This document shows positions 14,201 to 24,130 of a DNA stretch of 64,000 bases, piece by piece; within the stretch, counting starts at the first letter, position 1, and every line of letters starts with the position of its first letter. Both the position numbers and the translations under genes were made by a program. Origin of the DNA: Eledone cirrhosa (taxonomy: Eukaryota). A model generated the notes under the pieces. It was not told the origin of the DNA and searched no databases. It saw only the letters and a program-made list of their open reading frames with translations. Location: contig OZ024750.1 in assembly GCA_964016885.1 (NCBI GenBank), positions 23,808,001-23,872,000 of the forward strand. The letters run 5' to 3'.

Positions 14201-17200
14201 ACATGAAAGATGACAGCAAAGGTGACTAAAGAGTTGGACACTTTCCACCAACATTGCCAGTTCAACACTTTTCAGGCTTTTAGCTAAGATCAAAGTATAG
14301 TACATATTGATACCAGCTTAATATTTGATATGATTCCTCTGTGTGAACATCAGTATTTAACTTATTTTTAAAATGAGGTGAAGAGTTTGGGGCTTGTTCT
14401 GCCTTTGTCACAGGTTGGCTTGGTATTGAAGTACTTCCAGGATGCAACCCTGACAACTAATGCAAGGCCTTTTCTCTGCTTAAGTATGAGTTAATTTTCT
14501 GGGTTCCATAATAAACTTCTACATTTTGCCCTGTGTATCCATTTTAGAACAGATTACCATATTTCTACATGTCATCGGTGGTAACTAAAAGAGTTAGCAC
14601 CAAGAAAAGCAATGGGCCATAGAACAATGCCTAAAAAAGGAACCCATGATGTGTATAATAACATCTCTCACCTCTGAATAAACAAAAAAAAAAAAATCTC
14701 TTGACTTGTTCTGTTTCCCTGTGATCCCTCATTACCAACTTCTCAGCTTTCATTTTCTCCTCCATCATCTTTAACCATGTCTTTCTTAGTCTTCCTCTAC
14801 CTCCTTCCACATTCATTTTCATCACCCCTCTCACGTAATCACTTTCATTTTTCCTCAACACATGACCCAACCATCTCATTCCATTTCTCTTCACAGCATT
14901 CATCATTGGTTCTATTCCCATCGTCTTCAGCAAAATAAAAAAGAAAAATGAACTTAAAAAAGAAAAAAAAAAATCCCCAAATCGGCTCATCTGTTCTATT
15001 TCTTTTTTTTTTGTTTTCTAGGTAACTGCTGGTTCCATGTCATTCCTCCTCCACCATGTGATCATGTCCTACACCAAATCTCTGTCGGAGTCACAAGTGT
15101 ATGGGCTGTTGATATCCAAAGTAACCTCTGGTTCCGCAACGACATAACACCAATATTTCCTGAGGGAACATGTTGGACTAAAATTGCCAGTCAAGTTCGA
15201 CGAGTGTCTGTTGGACCAAAAGACCAGGTAAGAAGACATTCACGAGAATAGATTCTAGCATTCTTTTACTGGTTTTGGTTGTCAGACTGGGGCGCCACCT
15301 TAACCCTTTTGCATCTACATTACTCTATATATTTTATTGCATTTTCACGGTAAAGGCTTTATCTCACATAATATCGAATTTATGAGATTTTGACATTATT
15401 TGTTTTGAGAACAATACCTTAACATCAGTATGAATGGCTAGTTACAGCCAGTTTGAACAGAAAGAAATGAGAGAATTCTAGCTGGATATGACTGGTTTAA
15501 ATGCTAAAAGGTTACATCATCATCATCATCAACGTTTAACGTCCGTGTTCCACGCTTGCATGGGTTTGGACGGGGGTTTTCCCACTTGAGGCAAGAGTGA
15601 TTGTCTTGCTCGCATAGGACTGTCTGGCGGGTTTTCTACAGCTGGATGCCCTTCCTAACACCAACCACATTTACAGTGTGGGGCTGGGAGGTTTTTACTG
15701 TGTTGCCTACACGGCCACATTACAGCGTGGACTGTGTGTTTTTTTGTCGTGACACCTACACGATCTCATTTGTTTCGGTCTGGATGTTGTGGCACCAACA
15801 TAACTTTACATTGAAAGGGGCAGTGTGGATGGGGTGGGGGTGGTGGGATGGGGGTGTGTTTTGTTAGAGATGCCTACTGACTATAGTAGGTTTTAATCAA
15901 TCATATCTCCTTTAGTACACGTTTTTTCCCTTTTCCAGTCTAGTATTCATTTTATTGATTTCTTATTGTCAAACTACTAACATAAACACTGACACACACG
16001 TGACAGGCTGACATACACACACACACGTGACAGGCTGACATACACACACACACGTGACAGGCTGACATACGCACACATGCGACAGGCTGACGTACACACA
16101 CTTGCGACAGGCTGACATACACACACTTGCGACTGGCTGACATACACACACACACATGCGACAAGCTGACATACACACACACATGCGACAGGCTGACACA
16201 CACACACACATGCGACAGGCTGACACACACACACACACACATGCGACAGGCTGACATACACACACACACACATGCGACAGGCTGACATACACACACACAC
16301 ACATGCGACAGGCTGACACACACATGCGACAGGCTGACACACACACACACACACATGCGACAGGCTGACATACACACACACACACATGCGACAGGCTGAC
16401 ACACACATGCGACGGGCTGACACACACACACACACATGCGACAGGCTGACATACACACACACACACACTTGCGACATGCTTCTGCAATTTCACTCGTGTG
16501 GCATTGATCAATTCGAAAATTTAGTAGAAGACAATTACCCAAGGTGCTACACAGTGTAGGCAGTGTACTTTCTTGTGGAACCAGCGTAACCCCTTTACTG
16601 AGTGTACTGAGTGCATTTTCTTGTGGCACCAGCGTAACCCCTTTACTGAGTGTACTGGGTGCATTTTCTTGTGGTACCAGCGTAACCCCTTTACTGAGTG
16701 TACTGGGTGCATTTTCTTGTGGTACCAGCGTAACCCCTTTACTGAGTGTACTGAGTGCATTTTCTTGTGGTACCAGCGTAACCCCTTTACTGGGTGTACT
16801 GAGTGCATTTTCTTGTGGTACCAGCGTAACCCCTTTACTGAGTGTACTGAGTGCATTTTCTTGTGGCACCAGCGTAACCCCTTTACTGAGTGTACTGGGT
16901 ACATTTTTTTGTGGCACCAGCATAACCCCTTTACTGAGTGTACTTGGTGCATTTTTTGTGGCACCAGCGTAACCCCTTTACTGAGTGTACCTGGTACATT
17001 TTTTTGTGGCACCAGTGTAACCCCTTTACTGAGTGCATTTTTTTGTGGAACCAGTGTAACCCCTTTACTGAGTATACTGGGTGCATTTTATTGTGGAACT
17101 AACACTGCCATTTTACAAATTATATCATATGCATTTTATTATTGCACCATGACTACCACTTAATAGACCATACTGGGTGCATTTTATTTTATCATGGAAC

Positions 17201-19558
17201 CAGCTCTACCACTTTACAGAGGCCGGTACTGTTGTAACACTGTGGTATATCTAAAGTAATGTCTCGGCTGTATAGGATTACAGATTTGCTTATCACTAAA
17301 TCTTTGGGGTTTTTCTTTCTTTTAATCATTAGTTGTGGGTGGTTGTTGAAGCTGGGTTTATGAAATCTGTGACTGAAGGAGGAAGTGTTTACCAAAGATT
17401 AGGAATCACTGCTGAATGTCCAACAGGAACAGGGTGGCAGAAGGTTATTGGGGTGAGTAAAAATATTTTTATATCAACTTATTTTGAATATTATTTCCAT
17501 TGTTGGGGTGGTGGACTGACAGAATTGGTATTGCATTAGACAAAATCTGGAAACTGGCCAGCTAAGAGATCACCTACCAGTCAGGTAAACACATAAGCCA
17601 GATTGACTGAGAAAATGAGATAGACAGATGGTTAAAAATATTCAAAACTTCCCCAGAGAAGAATGCACTTCTCAACATAAGTTAGTTATTAGTGACATCG
17701 AGATGAGCTCAAAACAGAAGAGAAAACACAGGAAAATCCGGAGGAGGAGAGTTTAGAGGCTGAAGGACCTTTCTATTAAGTGTTGGTTCATGAAAACTTT
17801 ACTTGAGGCATATGAGAAGGAAGACAAGATACAAATATGACATAGAGGACAATTGGCAGTTCCTACATAACCTACTGGTGGAGGCATGTGGCCTAGTGGT
17901 AAGGGTGTTGGACTTACGATCATAATGTCGTGGGTTCGATTCCTGGGTTGCGTGTTGTATTCTTGAGCAAAACACTTCATTTCACGTTGCTCCAGTATAC
18001 TCAGCTGAAAATGAGTACCAGCAATAGCTGGGGGTTTAACCCTGCAATGGACTGGCATCCTATCCAGGGGGCAATCTGAAACCGGGATAAGCACCAGCCA
18101 AATGAGCCTTCTGGCTTAAGACAGACTAGACTTTTAGACATAACCTACTGAAAAGACGTATGGCTCAACTTCCAAAACCATAAATGCCAGACTTGCTTTT
18201 TCTCACAGAAATTTTTTTCGTTTTTACCCTTGCTATCTTTCTATTCTTTAATTTCTCATTCTATTTTCTGATGAAGAACTGGTGTCCAAAACGTTAAGAC
18301 TTTTCCTACTATATCAAGCGTGAAAATTATATATATCTTGATTAAACTTCATTGTCTGTTGTGCTTTTTCATTTACTTTTTACACACACGCACGCATGCA
18401 TGCATGCACACACACACAGACACACACACACACACACACAAATTGGAATAGATGCAGTAAAAACCTGTTAGATCATTATTCACCAGAGTACTCGATACTT
18501 GGGGTAGTTGAATGGGTAATATGAAGGGTTTGTGACCCAAACGGCTGAACTCCTGCAATTTCAACAGCTAGTTCAGATCTAACTGTTGAAATTGCAGGAG
18601 CTCAGCCGTTGGGGTCCTGAATCCTTCATATATATATGTTGTACTGCCTCTCTGTTTTGTCCCTGTTCAAATTTTTCCATTATATATATATATATATATA
18701 TATATTGTTATACTTTGGGAGGGTCATGTTGCCAATAAGAAACACATGCACCAGTTGCTTTCACTTCAATTTATTATAATAAATTTATAAATTTCCGGTT
18801 GGTTGGTTGGTTGGTTCCACAACCAGATGATTGTTTATATATTGTCAAAGTTCTTTCGTCACACATTCTGTGACCTCTTGTGTGACGAAAGAATTTTGAC
18901 AATATATAAACAGTCATCTGGTTGTGGAACCAACCAACCAACCAACCGGAAATTTATAAATTTATTATAATAATTTGAAGTGAAAGCAACTGGTGCGTGT
19001 GTTTCTTATTGGCAACATGACCCTCCCAAAGTATAACAACACACGTTTTCAGATAAATAATCTTGCCAAACAAATTCAGAAACGAAATATATATATATAT
19101 ATATATATATGGAAAGTTATATTTAAATTGTTGGGTTACAACGAGTAAATATTTATAACTGATATAAAAGCACTCAACAAGTATTTGGAGTATATTTACG
19201 ATATTAAATAAATGGAAATTATATTTATAAAACCATATTTATTTCATTATATATATTTCAGGGATATCATATTAAAAATATGTTATGCCTTCTTCAGACA
19301 AAATACAATATAGACAGTCTTATAAATAAATAGATTCGACATACCTTTCAACATCGACTTGCATTTGAAAAGTCTGCCAAATCAACTTTTCAAATGCAAG
19401 TCGATGTTGAAAGGTATGTCAAATCTATTTATTTATAAGACTGTCTATATTGTATTTTGTCTGAAGGAGGCATAACATATTTTTAATATGATATCCCTGA
19501 AATATATATAATGAAATAAATATGGTTTTATAAATATAATTTCCATTTATTTAATATC

Positions 19559-19633
<75 letters not shown>

Positions 19634-19846
19634 GTCATAGACCTAGTTTTTTAAAGCTGGATGCATTAGGTCTGGAAATAACCAAATGTGCTGCCAGTGT
19701 TTCCAGTATCTTTCCTCAAACTTTGTATGATTTCTTTCTAGAATGTATTCAATTTTTCTTATATTTGTCTTTTTCAGGGTGGCTGGCAACATGTCTCGAT
19801 TCGAGGCTGCATGGAGGATATGATAGTTCCTGCTATATCAATTTGA
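3318..19846 (+). CDS. TECPR1: Tectonin beta-propeller repeat-containing protein 1, 3' part (12 exons; 5' exons lie upstream of the window)
   Basis: Exons 3318-3470, 4764-4930, 6287-6414, 8029-8131, 8816-8912, 9565-9644, 11514-11570, 12480-12672, 13693-13834, 15022-15227, 17333-17452, 19778-19846 splice in frame at AG/GT sites. The product has the end of a PH domain, [18 protein letters not shown], a DysF domain (YIYENQKW...DWSD...DWIIDY...DGWQY...VRRRRWYR) and TECPR repeats ([26 protein letters not shown]), ending at TGA 19844-19846. Confidence 0.93.
3628..4712. repeat. 28-bp minisatellite (about 38 copies)
   Basis: TAACCCTTAGACCATAACCATTGGACTG. Confidence 0.97.
4764..4930 (+). CDS. TECPR1: TECPR1 exon
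   Basis: cag|VSTLNISS...[16 protein letters not shown]...|gtaag. Confidence 0.87.
5360..6070. repeat. 77-bp minisatellite (about 8-9 copies)
   Basis: AAACTCTGCTAAAGGCACCCATTGGCCAGATGGTAGTGGTATTAAACCTGATAACTGATTAAGCCTATCACCCTAGT. Confidence 0.95.
6287..6414 (+). CDS. TECPR1: TECPR1 exon
   Basis: cag|[38 protein letters not shown]|gtaagt. Confidence 0.92.
6611..6905. mobile_element. Element with about 40-bp terminal inverted repeats
   Basis: TTTGGAAGCCTCAACAATGCAGATGG ... CCATCTGCATTGTTGAGGCTTCCAAA. Confidence 0.6.
8029..8131 (+). CDS. TECPR1: TECPR1 exon (DysF-N)
   Basis: cag|...[21 protein letters not shown]|gtagga. Confidence 0.92.
8816..8912 (+). CDS. TECPR1: TECPR1 exon (DysF)
   Basis: tag|[32 protein letters not shown]|gtgagt. 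Confidence 0.92.
9085..9480. repeat. (CAT/CAC)n compound trinucleotide repeat
   Basis: Directly visible; intronic. Confidence 0.95.
9565..9644 (+). CDS. TECPR1: TECPR1 exon (DysF)
   Basis: cag|[26 protein letters not shown]|gtcttg (weak donor). Confidence 0.88.
11514..11570 (+). CDS. TECPR1: TECPR1 exon (DysF-C)
   Basis: tag|[18 protein letters not shown]|gtgaga. Confidence 0.9.
12020..12310. repeat. CAC/ACT-rich minisatellite (27-32 bp units)
   Basis: ACCACAACTACTATCACAACACCACACTTT repeated. Confidence 0.85.
12480..12672 (+). CDS. TECPR1: TECPR1 exon
   Basis: cag|[13 protein letters not shown]...[22 protein letters not shown]|gtatca. Confidence 0.9.
13693..13834 (+). CDS. TECPR1: TECPR1 exon
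   Basis: cag|[15 protein letters not shown]...[22 protein letters not shown]|gtaag. Confidence 0.92.
14264..14450 (+). pseudogene. U2: U2 snRNA pseudogene (near full length, decayed)
   Basis: CTTTTAGCTAAGATCAAAGTATAGTA...CAGCTTAATATTTGATA...ATTTTTA (Sm-like)...GGGGCTTGTTCTGCCTTTGTCACAGGTTGGCTTGGTATTGAAGTACTTCCAGGA is colinear with invertebrate U2; many CpG transitions; branch-recognition GTAGTA changed to ATAGTA. Confidence 0.85.
14705..14935 (-). mobile_element. RTE-type LINE ORF C-terminal fragment
   Basis: ORF track 14631..14990: [39 protein letters not shown]. Confidence 0.8.
15022..15227 (+). CDS. TECPR1: TECPR1 exon
   Basis: tag|[10 protein letters not shown]...[13 protein letters not shown]...FPEGTCW...VSVGPKDQ|gtaag. 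Confidence 0.92.
15516..15760 (-). mobile_element. RTE-tail SINE / non-autonomous retroposon with (GAT)n tail, representative copy
   Basis: (CAT)n-CGTTTAACGTCCGTGTTCCACGCTTGCATGGG...CTGGATGCCCTTCCTAACACCAACCAC; near-identical copies at about 23575-23725 and 46083-46255, with many diverged relatives. Confidence 0.75.
15985..16480. repeat. Compound minisatellite (CA)n-TGCGACAGGCTGA
   Basis: About 20 units with variable CA length. Confidence 0.95.
16560..17085. repeat. 48-bp minisatellite (about 11 copies)
   Basis: TTGTGGCACCAGCGTAACCCCTTTACTGAGTGTACTGGGTGCATTTTC. Confidence 0.95.
17333..17452 (+). CDS. TECPR1: TECPR1 exon
   Basis: tag|LWVVVEAG...[22 protein letters not shown]|gtgagt. Confidence 0.9.
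17878..18120 (+). mobile_element. Second tRNA-headed SINE family
   Basis: GGAGGCATGTGGCCTAGTGGTAAG...GGTTCGATTCC...TTGAGCAAAACACTTCATTTCACGTTGCTCCAGT. Related copies at about 2085-2217(-), 10870-11000(-), 28187-28320(+), 30070-30200(-), 34895-35015(-), 44685-44880(+). Confidence 0.8.
18519..18631. repeat. Foldback palindrome (family shared with 50787-50905)
   Basis: ATGAAGG...ACGGCTGAACTCCTGCAATTTCAACAG / CTGTTGAAATTGCAGGAGCTCAGCCGT...CCTTCAT. Confidence 0.85.
18705..19088. repeat. Foldback palindrome, about 160-bp arms (family shared with 715-990)
   Basis: Near-perfect arms 18705-18865 and 18879-19039, flanked by (TA)n. Confidence 0.92.
19198..19560. repeat. Foldback palindrome, about 175-bp arms
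   Basis: Arms 19198-19373 and 19385-19560 with very few mismatches, followed by a ~70-bp (TA)n run. Confidence 0.93.
19242..19303 (-). ncRNA. Minimal hammerhead ribozyme motif in foldback arm
   Basis: UUUUGU-CUGAAGA-AGG..long stem II..CCU-GAAA-U(AUAU)A-UA-AUGAAA. Confidence 0.55.
19778..19846 (+). CDS. TECPR1: TECPR1 last coding exon
   Basis: cag|[22 protein letters not shown]. Confidence 0.88.
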   Translation, partial: GGWQHVSIRGCMEDMIVPAISI

Positions 19847-19903
19847 TAACCACATATTCCACGAGCACTGTAATGCATACACACACATATATGTGTTACG
19901 TGT

Positions 19904-19939
<36 letters not shown>

Positions 19940-20063
19940 ATGTGTATATATATGTGTGTGTATGTGTGCCTGTATAAATATATATGTATGTATGTATGTA
20001 TGTATATATATATATATATATACATATGTATACACTGACACACACACATATATGTGTTACGTG

Positions 20064-20106
<43 letters not shown>

Positions 20107-20812
20107 ATGTGTATATATATGTGTGTGTATGTGTGCCTGTATAAATATATATGTATATATGTATGTATGTATGTATATATATATATATATATACGTATGT
20201 ATACACTGACACACACACCTGTATGTATGTGTGTGTGTAAATGGAAAATGGATGTAATATTGGATGCATGTGTATACGTATGTATATATTTATATATATG
20301 TGTACATATATGTGTGTGTATGAGAAATATAATTGTTGTTATATGTATGCATTTAAAAAATATGAAGAGAAACCACAATTTCAGTCAGCAAAGTACTCAA
20401 TACATGGATGCAGAGTGGAATACAGAATAGGTGTATTTATTTGAAACTCAGTGACTCTTATAAGATGGCCAAAATTCTAGAGAGAAGGAAATGAGTCTAC
20501 TTTTGTAAGAAGCACTGTTATCTATCTATATGTGTATGTATGTACATCTAATGATGTAGACCAGTTCAACTTTTTGGGTAAATGCATTTGATGTTCAGAT
20601 AGTAGGATTGCCCCTGTGCAAGCTTTTCCTCACTTAAAAAAGCTTCGAGGACAGGCATCACTTGATATGTGAGATTTTTTATGATGCATGGTATTACTGG
20701 TCATAGACAAGTCCCTAGCAGGACTAAAAAGCCACGTCTGTGATGCTCATGCTTAAGTATCAAGCAATGACATTACTCAAAATCAAGTTGCAGCCATTAT
20801 GTATGTATGTAT

Positions 20813-20853
<41 letters not shown>

Positions 20854-21093
20854 GTGTATATGTATGTATAATCTGTGTGTGTGTGTGTGTATGTATAATC
20901 TGGATGTGTGTGTGTACATATATACTGCCCCCTTGCCACGTGGTTTCCTTCTCCTATAACTGGCTCACTGCTGTGCAATGACCAAATTGAATAGAAACAA
21001 CTAACTACTCTAAAGATACTATGTAATACAAATTATCTCAAAAGAAAAAGAAAAACACCCAAAACAATATCATTTTAGAGAAAAATAATTTAA

Positions 21094-21198
21094 CCTTTAG
21101 CACGCTAATAATTTTTATGCGTTGTTTCCCTTAACACTGCATTATGTATTTAGGGGAGATTACTTTATGGTGTTTTGTCACCAACAGCATGCTAAAGG
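21094..21198. mobile_element. Small piggyBac-type MITE with different internal sequence
   Basis: TTAA|CCTTTAGCA...TGCTAAAGG|TTAA. Confidence 0.6.
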
Positions 21199-21902
21199 TT
21201 AATTTTTTTTTTTTTCTTGGAAAATCTCAACTATTTGTCCATGACATAAAATAACTGCGCAATATAATATTTATCTTTTAATCTAATCCTTTTTTTTTTC
21301 TTCTTGGGAAAGAAAAAAATATCTTTGCTCTTAGACATATCTGCAAGTGTCTCCACACAAACTTTTCAATGCTCTCACCTCAACATTACTTTCTATAGTA
21401 TATTATTACAAGCAGCACCCCTTTTTTTTAATCAAGAGACATTAATAAACAAGGACAAACCAACCTGTCTAGGACATATTGTGTTCTGGATAAACCTGAT
21501 TTTAGCTGAAAGAAAATCAAAACTTTTTTTTTCTAGGAAAAGTAAGTCGGCTACAGATGTTTTAAAATATTTTTGCCTGTTTTTTAAAACAATTTTTAAA
21601 AATCTCCAGTGAAATTCTTCGCTTCATATCATTTCTAAAAAAAAATATTCATTCTACCTGAATTCTTCAAAAGAGTTAATTCATATCTCCATGGACATTA
21701 TCATTTCTCATTCTAATACACACATTTCTGCAACTTCATGTCTACACAGTTTTTTTTTTCCCTGTTACGAAAATGGTAAATCTATTGTTGTTGTTACTGT
21801 TGCTGTTGTTGTTGTTTGAATTAGCTGAGTTGTTAGAGCATCGAATTAAAAGGCTTGGTTTTTTATTTCAGCTTTCTATCTATAACCAAACTTGGCAAAT
21901 GC

Positions 21903-21940
21903 AACTGACATGTTTCGACCTAATTAGATCTCTTCAGTGA
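21903..21940 (-). ncRNA. Minimal hammerhead ribozyme core (stem I disrupted)
   Basis: CUGAAGA-GAUCU(AAUU)AGGUC-GAAA-C(AU)G-UC. Confidence 0.55.
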
Positions 21941-23745
21941 AGAGATGTTGGCTAGACTAGAATACAGCCAAATAAAGAGGAAAGGAGAAAGAAATGATGC
22001 ACTGATTATGTTATCAACAAAAATTAGAGGCAAAAATGCTTGAGAGGAGTGACACTCTACATGGAGTATATATGTACAAATAGTCACACAACCTGAATAT
22101 GGTGAGTGTGGGAAAACATTTGATCAACTGAGGCTATCCTCATAATTTTGAACCCAATACTCTCTTTAGAGATATTCAAGTAGTGAGAAAGAAATAATTC
22201 AGAGAACTCCTATAGCTTGGTCTAATCCAAGTCTTTTAGAACAATTTTGACAATGCAGTTGGTATGAATAGAAATTGTCTATAAGCCAATTTGATAAAAG
22301 CAATGGACATGCTTCAACTTTATTAGACCTCCTTAGGGAAGCATATTCTCTTTGCAAGTTAGCATGACTCAGATGATCGTATATAAGTATAGGAAAAGGG
22401 AAAGAAATAATATGTATAAAGAGCAAGGTGAGAATACCTGAGAAGAGTGCCCTGCATAAAGTGTATATATATCTAGTCTTGCTGTCTGAATATGACAAGA
22501 GGGAAAATATTTTGGTCAATGGAAAGGAGTTATAGTAGAGGGAGGCCAAGGAAATCCTAGGCATAGGTTGTGAGAGCTGATCTCAAATTACTAAATCTCA
22601 CAGTTGAGTTGATAAAGTACAGCAATGAGTGGAGGGATGCTGTTTTGGAAAAGACTTGTCCAAGCCATGCATACATGGAAAAACGGTGATGGGACTATCT
22701 TGGCAAATCCAAGTTGAAAACACGCTTTGAAGAAAATGAATCAAGCAAGGGAGAGAACTCCTATAGCATGGGCTAATGCAAGTTTTTTTAGTAATTTTAG
22801 ACAACTAGGATTTTTTCAACACACTGACACGTATGTTTATATATGTGTGCTTGTGTATATGTGCATATATTTATATGTATGAGTATATAAATATAAACGC
22901 ACAAACACAGACAGACTTACAAAAATACGCTAGCCGCTATTTTGCTATAGTTTTCTCACCACCCCTTCCTTTTACACACATATACATTCATGAAGGCAGC
23001 AGACGTAAAGGGAGAGGAGTAGTATGAGGTAGTCAAACTACTCTTTCTTTACGTGTTGTGACAGAATCACAGAAATTTATATATAGATGCAGGAGGAGAG
23101 GACCTTCCCTCTATATATTATCATTATCAACATCACTGTTTTGTGTCTATTTTCCATGGTAGCATGGGTTAAACAGGTTGGCACATTTTGAGACCAGGCA
23201 AGTCTCAGATGGCTGCATCTTGCTCATACATTCCAATCTGGCATAGTTTCTATGCCTGGATGTCTTTCCTAACACCAATCACTTCATGGCATCTACCAGG
23301 TGCATACATTTTATGGTGACACACCAGCTCTGTTGTATCCTGTCATGCTGGGAAGTCAGTAATAAGAGTTGAGGAGAGGAGAGGTGACCTTGATGTCAGG
23401 TACCACATTGTGTAGGTTGCTGTTGCCTTTCATTGCTGATATGATTGGCTGAGGAAGTTGCACCTTTTCCCATAATATAAAGAAAATGATGTGTAAAACC
23501 AGAACGCAACATCTACTGGATCTACAAAACTTCAATTCCAAATATATGGTACAAATAGCCCTCTTCTCATATCATCATTTAACGTCCATGTTCCACGCTT
23601 GCATGGGTTTGGACGGGAGTTTTCCCACTTGAGGCAAGAGTGGTTGTCATTGCTCGCATAGGACTGTCTGGCGGGTTTTCTACAGCTGGATGCCCTTCCT
23701 AACACCAACCACATTTACAGTGTGGTTGGTGATATATATATATAT

Positions 23746-23850
23746 AGAAGTAGTTCCACAACAGTTAGTTCACCATTACTGAGAACAATTGTTTCACCTT
23801 ATTCAGATCATCAGCTGATGATCTGAACTAACTGTTGTGGAACTACTTCT
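23746..23850. repeat. Short foldback with hammerhead-like core at its centre
   Basis: AGAAGTAGTTCCACAACAGTTAGTTCA...TTCAGATCATCAG|CTGATGATCTGAACTAACTGTTGTGGAACTACTTCT. Confidence 0.85.
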
Positions 23851-23914
23851 ACCAAACTCGTCCCATAGACTGAGTGCTCTACTATACTACGGTTATAACC
23901 CACCAGTGTTCTAC

Positions 23915-24130
23915 TATATATATATATAATAGGAGAAAGTAGCGACCCCGACGGCAGAGTTCAAGCCGTTTCGACGGCTATTTCTGGACTAAAGTAAGAG
24001 ATTTTTAGTCTGGTAAATAAATATTTACTTACCAGACTAAAAAAACTCTTACTTTAGTCCAGAAATAGCCCTCGAAACGGCTTGAACTCTGCCGTCGGGG
24101 TCATACTTTCTCCTATTATATATATATATA
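23915..24130. repeat. Foldback palindrome, about 95-bp arms, in (TA)n
   Basis: ATAGGAGAAAGTA.GACCCCGACGGCAGAGTTCAAGCCGTTTCGA... and its reverse complement. Confidence 0.9.

Noticed and set aside
15952-17163. Long repetitive ORFs (up to 323 aa)
   Set aside because: Products of the 48-bp and CA-rich minisatellites; open on both strands, with no splice context
19723-20444. Overlapping Y/I/C/V-rich ORFs
   Set aside because: TA/TG microsatellite duplication in the TECPR1 3' UTR
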